From Antedon mediterranea (Eukaryota > Animalia > Echinodermata), in contig NC_092671.1 in NCBI RefSeq assembly GCF_964355755.1, positions 9,486,001 to 9,550,000 on the forward strand: a stretch of DNA of 64,000 nucleotides, given 5' to 3'. The translations under genes were made by a program, and so were the position numbers. Positions within the stretch are counted from its first letter, which is position 1. Each line of letters starts with the position of its first letter. Below the pieces are notes generated by a model that saw only the letters and a program-made list of their open reading frames with translations, was not told the origin of the DNA and made no database searches. Below, piece after piece: positions 52,379 through 64,000 of this stretch.

Positions 52379-55300
52379 AAACTTTCAAAGAGTGTCATTG
52401 AGATACCATATTTGTCACTTAAAATTAAATCTCATATTCCATGGTAACCCTAAAAACCATTAAAAAATGCAAGTATTCATGGATTTTGTCATCCTAATTG
52501 GCATGATTAAACTGGATTAATAGGTATATCCTTTTATCTTTAATCATAAACCTAAAGATTCTTACTATTGTTAAGTAGGCCTACAGTATTAACCAACAGG
52601 AACCCTTCTATGGCTACAAATATTGTGTTTGTATAATCTACAGGAGCTTTTTTTGTTTAAATAAAAATGGGAAACAATTGAAACTCTGGAAATCCAAATT
52701 GTATCTGATAATACTTTTGATAGATAAAAAGAAATGGCATACATTGGAATAAAATGTGCATCTTTAGATACAGTATTGTTTTTGTATATAGTCAGACAGA
52801 ATTTTGCAGCAATAACCATTTCTGAATTGAGTACGGTATTATAATATACAGTATAATATTACTTTGCTCTATCTAGCTCTAAAGATTGAAATTATAATCC
52901 TCTTACCTACAAATATTGCAGTCTATTTCGTGCCTAGCTTACCTGGATAAACCGACATTGGCCAGGCTTCATTCAATCTAATATTCCTGGAATAAATTAT
53001 TGCCACAATTTCAGTATGAAAACATGAAGATGATATACTATTTATTAATACAGTACAAAATTTAAATACTGGTTTATGTCAAGATGGATAGTATTGACTC
53101 ATTGCCTTCAACTTTGTGTCAATATTTATGCAAAAGCTAGCTTGGAATGAGTAATTTCTGTCGTTATTGTTCCTAGCATTGAGCTCTTCTTTCCGTAGAC
53201 AAGATGTCTTTCGTGTCGCTATCTAGTCTTCGATCATCAACACATGGTTGTTTTTATAATTCAAGACGTTTTGAATAATAAAATTCATAGTATTATATTA
53301 ATTACATATAAATAATTTATAAATTAAAAGACATCTTTTGAACTTGTAGTTATTGTAAGCTTCATTTGATTTATATTAATTGACTTGTAAATTCCAGGCA
53401 CATCGTGTTAAGATGGATATGAATTATGACAAGTTTAATTATTAAAAAAAGCTATTTCTAAACTGATTTATTTAGCCAATTTCAACAGTTTTAAACCTCC
53501 ACATTTGGGAGTCACAATTTTTAACATCACAGTTCTTTATAATGCGATACTCGATTCACATTGTAATAAACACAAATGAAACAACATATAATTGTTACAT
53601 GGATAGATATCTCCAAGATATCCTTACTGATTTACAGTGCTTTCACACACACACACACACACAAACTGTAAAAACGCGTACATGCTCAGATATCAGGACT
53701 GTGAAAAGATGCTGACTTGTTCCAGATTTTACATCAATGCAACAAAGAAATGCTTTCACACTACTACGAAGGTACTTTAAACATTTTTTGTAGATCGGGA
53801 GTTAAAGTATAAAAGTATAAAAAATGTTAAACTGTACAGATTATAAAACCTTTTCCACAGTAGTTCATCATAATAGTATCTACAGTCATACAATGTATAT
53901 TACAAACTAATAAAAACGTTTTTTCTCTATGTTCACACCTACCTTATTAAATATCAAAATTAGACCCCAAACTGCACTGTGTACCACCCTGTGATGTTTC
54001 TCAGCGGGCGCAAAATTAAAACTATGGCTTTTGAACCACATGCCAATAGATCAATACTTTATTCTTCTGAATATTGGAAAAACTGCATGTAACTATTATA
54101 CTTGGTATAACGAATGGACAAAGAGACCATGGATTGATTTTTACACAGCACACAGATGGAGTTGTCGTGAACGTCAATATCTCTAATATACAGGTTAATA
54201 ACAGGGACATAATTGTCATAGTGCTCAGTATGTGTAAACTGACCTTATCGCTATTAAATTAATAATGTTAAATAAAAGATATTTTTGTAATTCCTGTTTT
54301 AATCATAATTATAATTATAAATGAAAATAATTATTTTGCTGATTTTTATTAGAATTTCTTTATGAATATTAAAACTAAAATAAACATATTGTTATATTTT
54401 CATCTTAATCATCACAATGATGTGGTAATAATCAATGTATTGATGGTTTTATGGTTTGTTAATGACATGAAATCTACCAGACACTGTCATAGGAAAATGA
54501 AACAAGACTATGATTATAAAGGATTCTCAAGTCCCACATAACATCCGTAAATACAGGGAAATTTAGTCAAAGTACAGACATGTACAGGAATGGATATGCA
54601 TACTATGGAAAGACATACAAATTTATGGGAATCCCCGGTAAAACACAATTATTGACAAATCAAAGACCAACAGGCCACAAAAACCTCATCTTTCATGATC
54701 TTACAAGATGTTGTTTTTGGTTAGTATCACAAATCCTTAGGGGGAAAATATGGAGAAATATAGCCAAAACAGGAGGTGTTAATAGCTGGCACACAGTAAA
54801 CTGTAATTCAGGGAAAATGATTGTTCAGTATAAGTTCCAGGGTATGAAAGTTGTATAACAGTACAGTACTTAACTTGCATCTTTGACATAATTTTGCAAG
54901 CCATAGAGAGATAAAATACAGTGAGCATAGACCCTCATCATCTGGAATTTCTAAAGCTGCAATCAAACTATGCCTGTATTTACATATACATTTACTTTTT
55001 AGAAATATAAAAAAGGAACATTTCACAAAGGTTTTATAAATAGTGCATGCTTAATAAATTAAATAAAAGAATAATAAATTCAATTAAAAACAAAGGGATG
55101 CATAATTGTTTGGCCTTCAAAACCTATTGTGTACAGTATACAAGTGAAAACGACCAATAAAAATAAGTAGTGTAAAAATGCATGCTTATTACATAAAATT
55201 GAAGAGGCTTGTTGAGTTTTTCAAGTTCTCATCAAAATGGTTTAAGTTTTTATAAAGGCAATTATTAACAGATGGGCAATTTACAAATAAAAGTCTACAG

Positions 55301-57031
55301 TGAGACTGAATGTCTTTTATATGACAGTGAGTAATGTCTCAACACTTCATGTTAATGAATGATGAGAATGATTATTATAAATATTAACGATATTGCACAT
55401 AAGTTTATGCATACAGTGTGACAGGATTAAATAGATTGATTGATATGAAATGATATATTGATATACAACAAACATGTACTGTACTTAAAGCAAGTAATGA
55501 ATTAATTAACGAGGATACATACAAAACTACAGGTATATTTTCAAACACTGATTATCAAAAACTCATTCAACTTTTAAGATGCCTTTTCACAATCGTTTTT
55601 TTTAGGTGATTTCAAAATCCTTGGGTACAATTATTTGGTAAAATTTCCCCTTTACATTACCTTCAAATACTGTATGTAAACAGTTTATACAGCAGGTAGT
55701 ACAAATAGGGGCAATATATTAAGTTGTTTGTATTTTTTTTTTATTGCTACGCCAACAAAATACTGTAGTGATATTATACATTCGATATATTAATTACAAT
55801 TCTTCACAAAAATGTACAGGTACTATCATGACAGCAGTTCGCATTGGCGTATTAATGCAGGGGGAAAAGGCTAGGTAGCAAGTACTCCTGGGGGTAGTTG
55901 CTTTGGGGCTGCTCATGCTGGGCCTCTTAAAATTTGGGTTTAGCCAGTGAGCGCTCATAGCAGTTATGTCACTGAGCAGAATATACCCTTTAAGCTAGGA
56001 TTCTAGTACAGTACTATAATACAGAATTTTGCTACAAGAAGCACTGGTTACAATATGTTCTGATTTATTATTTACAAAATTCATAATGCAATAACAAGAT
56101 TATGATTTATTCTACAGTAATTAATTTATTAAACAACAATCAAATGCATTGATAAATAATTATGTTTTCCTCCATGGTTATTGTACCATGGAGGATGATA
56201 CTCTATCTAATTATGTCACCCACTGGAAATGAACTAGAACTGTGAGAAGATCTATTGAAATCCCATCCTGTTTTAAGCATGTGACACTGTTTATGAGCTT
56301 AGTCCCATTGGTATCCAGAATCTAGAGAGGCTTTTAGTGGAATGCCCAAGTCCCATGGGCATTTTTGAGCTGGTAAAGTGGCCCAGATTTAACTGTTAAG
56401 AGTTTTCATGAATCACGTTTCTATACTTATGCCTCTTGTAATAGGTTTTTAAGTTGTTGTAAGCTGTTTAAAGCAAAAACTATAATAGAACTAAAAGATA
56501 GTAATATACCATGGGTTTGTTAATTTAGTAGGCCAAATGTTACTTACTCAAATATAGACACCTCCTTTCACTATACCACCAACATATTATTTAAAAACCG
56601 TTTGGATTCGTTGTAGACATGGGGTTAAAAAGTCACACACCGCCTAAAATTACTCATCTAAACTAACATGTACTGTACCTTTTAGTTTTAGATATTGTAC
56701 AATACTACATAAAACTAACCATCTAGAAGTCAGCATTAATAAGTTGATATCATTTGATAAACTTGTATGGTAAACTTACCAGACATTACTAACCTCTATC
56801 CTATATAATTTTTATTAATAATTAATGAATGCCTACCGTGTACCAGTATGAGTCATGTAAATAATATTGAAGATAAACGGATGTAAAACTGCACCATTTT
56901 CCGCCAATCTATATAACATTATACAGATATATAGATGACAAATTTCGTTTTTGTAAAAGCACAAGTTAACGGAGTACTTACTCGAACGTTTCGATCTCTA
57001 TCAGAGATCCTTCTCAACTGACTGCGGAGTG

Positions 57032-59605
57032 TTAATGCAGCTTGGTCATTCTTGACGTCATCTGTTGATGACGTTGTACGCCTCTGGTTGTAGGTTGGAG
57101 GTTGTGCGGGGCTCGGCCAGGTGATGTGTCTATCAAATCATTGTACAAATGCGAGAGTTCGTGGGCTCCAGTGTCCCGGTTCATGGTCTTCTCTTTATTT
57201 CTCCTTATATGTAATGATTCTCTAATCTGTCTGTCTTTGCGTTTAGGCTCTTTGGTTAAGATGGTAGCCTCCCAGTTCGGTACATGATTGTGTTTTATGA
57301 CATGTTCTGTAATGGCAGATTTGTGTATGATCGAAGATGTGGATGTTCTGGAGGCCCTAGTCATTACTCCCCCCGTGTTTGTTGTAACATCTTTTTTGTG
57401 ATCATTAATTCGTGTTTGTAATGCCCTCCCTGTTTCCCCAATGTAAACTTGTGGACAGTTGCGGCAGGTGACTTCGTAGATTACTCCACATGTATCCATC
57501 TTCTCGATTTTATCTTTTGGGTGGACGAGGCTATTCTTGATTTTATTTTGGGGTAGGAAATAGGTTCCGACATTGTGATAGGAGAGAGTGCGTCGTATTC
57601 TTTCTGCCATTCCTTTTACATAGGGGATTCCTATGCTACCTCGCATCTTGATCTTTTCCTTCTGTGGTTCGTGTCCTTTGTTCTTTTTTCTTTTTCGGTT
57701 TTCCATAACTCTCTGGAAGGACCACTCTGGATACTGGCAGTTGTGTAACGCTTTCTTGATGTTATCCATCTCAACTTTCCTCAAATCCATATCTCCCACT
57801 ACCTTCTCAGCTCTGTCCACAAGCGTGTTTATAAGCCCCAGTTTGTGTTCGAGTGGATGATGTGAGTTGAAATGTAAATATTGGTCTGTGTGAGTGGGCT
57901 TCCGATAGACTGAGGTGGTAACTGTTCCATTGTCATTGAGTGTGATGAGCATGTCCAGGAAAGGTATTGTGTTGTTTGTCATCGATTCTGTGGTGAACTT
58001 GATATTGTCAGTTATATCGATGTTATTAAGATGTGTGTTAAATGTATGTACTGTACCTATGGGGATGATAGCTAATACATCATCAACGTATCGTTTCCAA
58101 TACACAGGCTTGATGTTAGTGGGTGCCGTGTTTATGGCTTGATGTTCGAGCCACTCTAGATACAAGTTCGCCAATATAGGACTTATTGGGCTTCCCATAG
58201 CAATGCCTTGTATTTGCCTATAAATGTTACCATTGAACGAGAAATAGGTTTTGTTCACAATTAAACCGAGGAGCTCCATTATGTCTGTCACATGTAGTTT
58301 AGTTCTATCCAGAAGTGTCGGATCTGTTGTTAGGCGATTTTCGACAACTTTGAGGGCCTCTTCTACTGGTGTTTTTGTAAACAGAGATACTACGTCAAAC
58401 GAGACAAATGTTTCACTTGGTTTGACTATTATTTCTTTTAGTTCACTCGCCAACTCTCCTGAGTAAGTTACATGATGTTCTGTGTTTCCGACAAGCGGAC
58501 CCAGGATTTTGGTGAGGAATTGTGCAACGGTGTAAAAAACGGTGTTGATGTTATCTACTATAGGTCTTAATGGCCAATTTGGTTTATGTATCTTCGGAAG
58601 ACAATACAACCTAGGTACAATTTCAGCCGTGGGAAACAGCCATTCTTTCTCTCTGTAGTTGATTTTCTTTTCTTTGAACAACCTGCCTATGATGTTGACC
58701 ACTTTTCGTTTATAGTTTTGTGTTGGATTACGTTTTAGCAGTTCGTAAACATTAGTGTCGCTCACCATGGTTCCCACTTTATCTTTGTAATCATTAGTAT
58801 TTAGGATGACAGTAGATCTACCTTTATCCGCTGGGAGAATAAGAATAGATTTATCTTTCTTCAAGTTGTTTATGGCCTTTCGTTCTTTGGGGGTTAAATT
58901 TGAAGGTGGTAGAGTGGTAGATTTTACAATAGCTACAATTTTACTGCGAACGGTGTCTTGTTCTTCCAGGGGGACGAGATCAGCCGCTTTTTCAGCCGCT
59001 ACTATGAGATCGTCAATGGGCATGGATCGTGGGCTCGCCGCATAGTTCAATTCCCTTTGTAATGCTGATATTTCGTCCTCACTAACCAACTTACTAGACA
59101 GATTTACCACCCATTTTTCTCTTAAGATCTTACCGGATAAATCCTGTTCTTGATGTAAATCTCTAGCTGCGTTTTCTGCTTTGTTTTTCCACCACAACAG
59201 TTTGTTTTGTTGTCGTGATCGGCATTTTAAGAATTCCGCTTCACACACTTTGTTTACGTGATTACATACATTGGTGATGTCCCCTCCGTTGGGAATTAGC
59301 GATACGATTTCCTCATTTAAATCTTTCTTTTTGCCTTCTAACTGTGTGATTTTGTTGGTGGTGATTCTTATTCTCTCACGTAAAAGCTGTCTTTCTGCAT
59401 GTTTTATTATTTCCTCTGCTTTAGACGATTTGATCGGTCGATATAATTTCAGGCTCGGAGGGGTAATGTCCAACCGCTTACAATGAAGGGAGAATACCCG
59501 GTGATTTCTCTGCCGTGAAATTTTCTTCGCGATATTTTCCTGTTTGCGTACGATGTTGATGGTTTCTTGACCATATTTTTCTCTTAAATCTTGAAAGAAT
59601 TTCAT
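57032..59605 (-). CDS. Penelope reverse transcriptase plus GIY-YIG endonuclease, 857 aa, uninterrupted
   Basis: ADKG, PKIHK..PLRPIV, SFDVVSLFT, GIAMGSPISP, RYVDD, FLD, YRKPTHTDQYL..SHHP, GVIYEVTCRNCPQVYIGETGR. Confidence 0.96.
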   Translation of the reverse strand: MKFFQDLREKYGQETINIVRKQENIAKKISRQRNHRVFSLHCKRLDITPPSLKLYRPIKSSKAEEIIKHAERQLLRERIRITTNKITQLEGKKKDLNEEIVSLIPNGGDITNVCNHVNKVCEAEFLKCRSRQQNKLLWWKNKAENAARDLHQEQDLSGKILREKWVVNLSSKLVSEDEISALQRELNYAASPRSMPIDDLIVAAEKAADLVPLEEQDTVRSKIVAIVKSTTLPPSNLTPKERKAINNLKKDKSILILPADKGRSTVILNTNDYKDKVGTMVSDTNVYELLKRNPTQNYKRKVVNIIGRLFKEKKINYREKEWLFPTAEIVPRLYCLPKIHKPNWPLRPIVDNINTVFYTVAQFLTKILGPLVGNTEHHVTYSGELASELKEIIVKPSETFVSFDVVSLFTKTPVEEALKVVENRLTTDPTLLDRTKLHVTDIMELLGLIVNKTYFSFNGNIYRQIQGIAMGSPISPILANLYLEWLEHQAINTAPTNIKPVYWKRYVDDVLAIIPIGTVHTFNTHLNNIDITDNIKFTTESMTNNTIPFLDMLITLNDNGTVTTSVYRKPTHTDQYLHFNSHHPLEHKLGLINTLVDRAEKVVGDMDLRKVEMDNIKKALHNCQYPEWSFQRVMENRKRKKNKGHEPQKEKIKMRGSIGIPYVKGMAERIRRTLSYHNVGTYFLPQNKIKNSLVHPKDKIEKMDTCGVIYEVTCRNCPQVYIGETGRALQTRINDHKKDVTTNTGGVMTRASRTSTSSIIHKSAITEHVIKHNHVPNWEATILTKEPKRKDRQIRESLHIRRNKEKTMNRDTGAHELSHLYNDLIDTSPGRAPHNLQPTTRGVQRHQQMTSRMTKLH

Positions 59606-59860
59606 TTAGCTTCGATTTTGTATAGATGACAAATTTCGTTTTTGTAAAAGCACAAGTTAACGGAGTACTTACTCGAACGTTTCGATCTCTATCAGAGATC
59701 CTTCTCAACTGACTGCGGAGTGTTAATGCAGCTTGGTCATTCTTGACGTCATCTGTTGATGACGTTGTACGCCTCTGGTTGTAGGTACAACCAGAGGCGT
59801 ACAACGTCATCAACAGATGACGTCAAGAATGACCAAGCTGCATTAACACTCCGCAGTCAG

Positions 59861-59893
59861 TTGAGAAGGATCTCTGATAGAGATCGAAACGTT
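59861..59893 (+). ncRNA. Variant minimal hammerhead ribozyme in pLTR (also minus strand at 56985-57017 and 59676-59708)
   Basis: TTGAGAA-G-GATCTCT-GAT-AGAGATC-GAAA-CGTT: U3/A8 core variant, perfect 7 bp stem II, ACGT palindromic loop III. Stem I is not clearly paired. Confidence 0.6.
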
Positions 59894-60754
59894 CGAGTAA
59901 GTACTCCGTTAACTTGTGCTTTTACAAAAACGAAATTTGTCATCTATACAAAATCGAAGCTAAATGAAATTCTTTCAAGATATACAGATATAGTTGGCAT
60001 ATCCAAAAATAATTGTCACAAATTGTAAACTGCTTAATAACTTGAAAAAATTGAATATTTGTAATGACATACTGTATAATTGTCAACAAAAATAAAAATA
60101 ATTGACAATGGTGATAACATATGGAGATCTTAAACAGCACTTTGTGAGATCAATAATATTGAATAAAACCATAAATAATAAACCTTATCATTTGATAGAT
60201 GATTGTAAATAAAAATGGAATTTATTAGTTACCCTTGCATGGCCTACAATACATCAAATATCCCAATTTTTCTCGGTTGGTTTAGTAGATATATAAAACT
60301 ACCTTGTAGTTTTATATATAATGATGATGATAATTATTGTTGCTATTAACCCTATTCAAGTTGGCTTCTTTAAAAACTCTCTTGCACTTGTGAAACGTTC
60401 AATATTTTAATATGTAACTAGTATTGTTTTTTTTGTTTTTTTTATGTTAAAAGTAAGTAATACTAAAACATTGGTGAGTCATTATCAAAGATGAGGAAGT
60501 ATAGTTTATTTGATATTCTAAAACAGAGCAATTAGACATAAACTTGTAATCAAAGTAAATTGTGGATGTTCTATTATTAATTCATGGCTAACAAATTAAT
60601 AACTAGGTTACAGATCAATTATACTGTAATAATGATATACAACAAATTGGTAACTTAGCCTTCTATTAATTTTCATACAGCCTTCAATCCCTTTATAATC
60701 TTTTAAGACTTATATCATCATTCATTTCATCCATTAACACCCATAATATTCTAA

Positions 60755-60915
60755 AGCTCTTTCTACACTATCAGACTTTATGTTACAAAAAAATGTGATG
60801 TGCCCATATATGGACATGATGATGTCATATTAGTACCATATTAAAGCATACCACTACCATATTTCGGCACATCACACTTTTTTTGTCGGACCAGTTTGAT
60901 AGTGTAGACAGAGCT
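60755..60915. mobile_element. Harbinger-like MITE, full copy
   Basis: AGCTCTtTCTACACTATCAgACT ... AGTTTGATAGTGTAGACAGAGCT; TAA and TTA flanks. Confidence 0.78.
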
Positions 60916-61023
60916 TTAGCTTGTACTTCTTTTTATTGGCCTAATTTTGTTTGGTTAAATATTGAAATTATAAACTGTTATTCCCCGGATGAACCACCGG
61001 GCCACTGTAGCTTTAGATTCAAA

Positions 61024-61318
61024 CTACACTATCAATATCATTGAACTGGTTTGACGACAAAATGTCATGTTCCCATAATGGTAGTGATATGCCCAAATAT
61101 GGGCAAGACACAACTTTGAGCTGATTACTACCGTAGCTGCATTATGGGAGTATGTTTCCAAAAAAATGACTGGGGTAATGATGTTCAGCACTTAGAGGTT
61201 TCACAACATTAGGGCGGCCCTATATAAATCCAGGATATTATTATTATAGTGATATTATTATATGTCCATTAATTTCACATTTTTTTGTCACATAAAATGT
61301 GATAGTGTAGACAGAGCT
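61024..61318. mobile_element. Harbinger-like MITE copy interrupted by a probable LINE/SINE 3' tail (about 61115-61250)
   Basis: CTACACTATCAA start and GATAGTGTAGACAGAGCT end; internal AGCACTTAGAGG...CTATATAAATCCAGGA(TAT)n resembles an L2-type tail. Confidence 0.5.
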
Positions 61319-62258
61319 TAAGACCATGTGCTGTTGAATAAGAATAAAAATGATAGTTTAATTGTCCGACACTGACACAACTGATAACTTGGCCAAGACA
61401 TGGCAGCTTTTTGTTTTTGGCATTGTACAATTTTTATTTCAAATTGCAATCCCATCCACTGTGACAATCATCATGTTTCCGTGTTATTGAATCCCTTGCA
61501 TTTGAGAACATTAACATACAATAATAGAAGAGGACTAAGGTTAAAAGGTGATAATGGGTCAACAATAGACCTGGAAATAAAATAACAAACATAATAAATC
61601 CAATATAGATATATATATTGGATAGCCATCAGTCAGAGAGTTTTGAGTTCAACTTTATTTACATGACTACTTAAATTAAGTTGAGGATGGGAAGGATGGG
61701 GAGAGGGGAAAGGGATGAGTGAAGATGCTAGACAATATTTTTTTATGGACCCACTCCGGTACCACAAGTTAGTATTTTCTTCATGTAGGCCTAGGCTAAC
61801 TTTTTAGATCGGTAAATGCAGGGAGTTGTAAGGTAAATGTATTATTACTATTAATAATAAAAGTTTGAACATGAACGAAATATATGGTTTAGCCCTAATA
61901 ATAAATTAGAGTGTGAAGTGTGAACTAACTACTTAATTTTTGTTGTTTTAATGAATCCAGCAAACCTGTAAAAAAACAAGATCATTTCAAAGTCAAGCCC
62001 AGGCCGCTACTATCGACTGCCAGGATTAAGTAAGCCAACTAAACCTTCACTTGACCACCAAGTCTCGGAAAGGCAAATTCACCTGTGCGCAGGCCCCCAT
62101 CGATTCCGCTCTCTGATAATCCCACTACTCACTCAGCTCAGCCTGGGCTGACTGGATCACCCATATCCATTCATGTAAAACGATAAGGAATCACAACTCC
62201 TACTCGGTATTATAATTAAAACAATACGCTACTTTATATTATAGCTGTTCGGCCTTAC

Positions 62259-63050
62259 CTTTAGTTCACGATATTCTTCTTCAGAATAAGAAATGAAACA
62301 TCAGACATCTACTACCAACCACCCACCTCGTTGTTGCTTAACGACTGTTTACTTGTCTGCTAAAAAAGTAAGTAGAAGTATTCATTGATGATTGGCCAGC
62401 TGATCAATGTTATTATCACGTGAACAAATAAGCATGGTACAGTACTTATCTAATGTAGATCTCAATATTCTTTTGGCAATATAGTTCAGCAATATATTAT
62501 TACACTACATACATTAAATAGCACATAATATTCAAATACAAATTGTATAGACTATAAACTAACAATTTGTGGGTTTTTGTCTTATCAATTAAGCCTTTGT
62601 TTGAGCATGGCATATGAGGGCGGATGTCATTGAAAATGTTCTCCTTTGAACAATATTTTTTTTATGAAACCAGTGCACTACGTATTCGAAAAATCGATAA
62701 GGTGTTTGTAAATCAAATGAAACATTACATTCTTTTTTTTTCGTTGTAGATGGATTAATTTTTATTATTAGTTAAAAATAGGATGAGAACAACAAAGAGC
62801 GTCAGTTCGCGTTCTGCCTGTGAGAACATAGTAACATATAATAAAAATATTATAATGAACGCAATAAAGAAAAAAAGTACGTACTTAGCAAAGATCTTAT
62901 AATCTATAGTATAAGATCTTTGGTACTTAGCAAATTAGTGGTGGCGCTGTTTATGAATGCCCCACGCTCGAGATTTATTGTGGCCGAGTAGCTTGTGTTT
63001 TTGTTTACACACGAAGAACAAACAAAGTTGCACAGCATTTAGCTTGTAAA
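62259..63050. promoter_or_regulatory. Putative bidirectional promoter of the PEAK1-like and HMG20-like genes
   Basis: Minus-strand donor AAG|GTAAGG at 62259/62258; CCAAT at 62391-62395 (minus), CACGTG 62418-62423, GGCGGATG near 62620; plus-strand donor AAA|GTAAGC near 63051. Confidence 0.5.
62889..62922. mobile_element. 34 bp (17+17) P-element-like excision footprint with 8 bp TSD
   Basis: GTACTTAG | CAAAGATCTTATAatct-atagTATAAGATCTTTG | GTACTTAG. Confidence 0.75.
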
Positions 63051-63496
63051 AGTAAGCTTAATATAACAATAAACTATTTACTGGTGCATTTATTATTATG
63101 AATATTAGAGCTACTTTTAGAAATATTAATGTTTAGTTTAGGTGAAATGAAGTAGATGAAAACAGGAGAAAGAAACTGAGCTTGCTAGTAGGCTAGCCAA
63201 CCATCACATGCACACGACGTCCAGACAGAGTCGGGAAGGCAGCCAACAATGAAGAAAGAATTCATCCAGCCTAGCTAGCCTAGGTGTATTTCCCCATGTA
63301 TTTCATTCACTTTACACTAATTAGCTAAGAAGAACCAGTCAGAAAAAAACTTAAAATGTCGGTATGGGTAAAACTATTTATAAAATATGATTATTTTCCC
63401 ATAGGCTACATTATTTTATTATTGATATTATTATTATTATTATGTAGGCCCTATTCTTGTTTTTAGTAGGTTTACCACAAATATAAATAAAGAACT

Positions 63497-63930
63497 ATGG
63501 ACCTGAGTGATGGGAACTCAAATCAAGGCTTGATGTCCAACGCGGGATCGTCTTCTCTTTTCAGCATAGCTGACCTGGATGAAATATCGAAAACGACATC
63601 TGATCTGGGCGTTGATACAAGGTGATTTGTAAGATTAATTAGCATAACAACAATATAGAGGTTAAAGTAATATTTTTATTTACCATACTCTTTAAATACT
63701 TTAGTGGGAAAATTGTCAATTCAGAAATATAATATGCAAGTCAAGTGTATGCATTTTATGTTTAATTGTTACTTTTTGTAATAATTTTTTGGGCCCAGAG
63801 AAGTACAGACAACTATTAATAACTATTAATTCTTTTATTTGCAGTTTTGGAACTTCTCATAGACATAATGTGGGGGCTTCTTTGCCTCAGTCACTCACAC
63901 ATCCAGAAATGATTACAGATATTTCACAAG
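63497..63930 (+). CDS. First coding exons of a gene, probably HMG20A/B-like; continues beyond the window
   Basis: Exon 63497-63621 (MDLSDGNSNQGLMSNAGSSSLFSIADLDEISKTTSDLGVDT) joins in phase 2 to 63845-63930 (SFGTSHRHNVGASLPQSLTHPEMITDISQ). Weak resemblance to my recollection of the human HMG20A N-terminus plus synteny with PEAK1; no HMG box lies inside the window. Confidence 0.55.
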
Positions 63931-64000
63931 GTATGTTATCAATAATTAATGCAATTGGAATGATGTTGAAAAGAACTACAAAGGAATGAGAAATTCACAG

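Larger units (their letters stand above)
56930..59981 (-). mobile_element. Full-length Penelope-like retroelement with direct pLTRs and an inverted 5' pLTR
   Basis: Direct repeats 56930-57095 and 59621-59786 (166 bp, identical as read); inverted copy 59786-59981; flanking direct repeat TATACAGATATA at 56920-56931 and 59981-59992. Confidence 0.95.

Noticed and set aside
56169-56196. TCCTCCATGGT...ACCATGGAGGA inverted repeat as another P-type footprint
   Set aside because: The CATGG ends point outward and there is no flanking TSD.
44200-56900. Hidden protein-coding gene in the large intron
   Set aside because: Only short AT-rich ORFs with no motifs or consistent exon chain; additional non-coding exons cannot be excluded.
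57102-59486. Several plus-strand ORFs of 60-80 aa
   Set aside because: Antisense shadows of the Penelope ORF; the same applies to ORFs opposite the PEAK1-like, DHX29 and ZIP exons.
59478-60028. 111 aa and 90 aa ORFs with near-identical N-termini
   Set aside because: By-products of the pLTR palindrome read on both strands.

Overview
AT-rich animal genomic DNA with spliceosomal GT-AG introns; the gene and repeat content suggests a marine invertebrate deuterostome, which is an inference. Five host genes are present: the 5' part of a ZnT2/3/8-type zinc exporter (minus), a complete ZIP6/10-type zinc importer (plus) head-to-head with it, a complete DHX29 (minus), a PEAK1/PRAG1-like pseudokinase (minus), and the first exons of a probable HMG20 gene (plus) head-to-head with the PEAK1-like gene. 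Between the two zinc genes lies a truncated LINE hit twice by the same 2.4 kb EnSpm/CACTA-like element. The probable first intron of the PEAK1-like gene holds an intact Penelope-like retroelement with a 394 bp perfect palindrome, a TSD and hammerhead-like motifs. The two most interesting signals are (i) a divergent zinc exporter/importer pair with metal-response elements in positions known to give opposite MTF-1 regulation, and (ii) direct internal evidence that the TAGGCCTA/TAGGCTA motifs crowding promoter-proximal DNA are short insertions at TA sites, most likely transposon excision footprints, some of which add codons to a protein. P-element-type 17+17 nt footprints also occur near promoters. 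All family names come from recognition of motifs, not from database searches.
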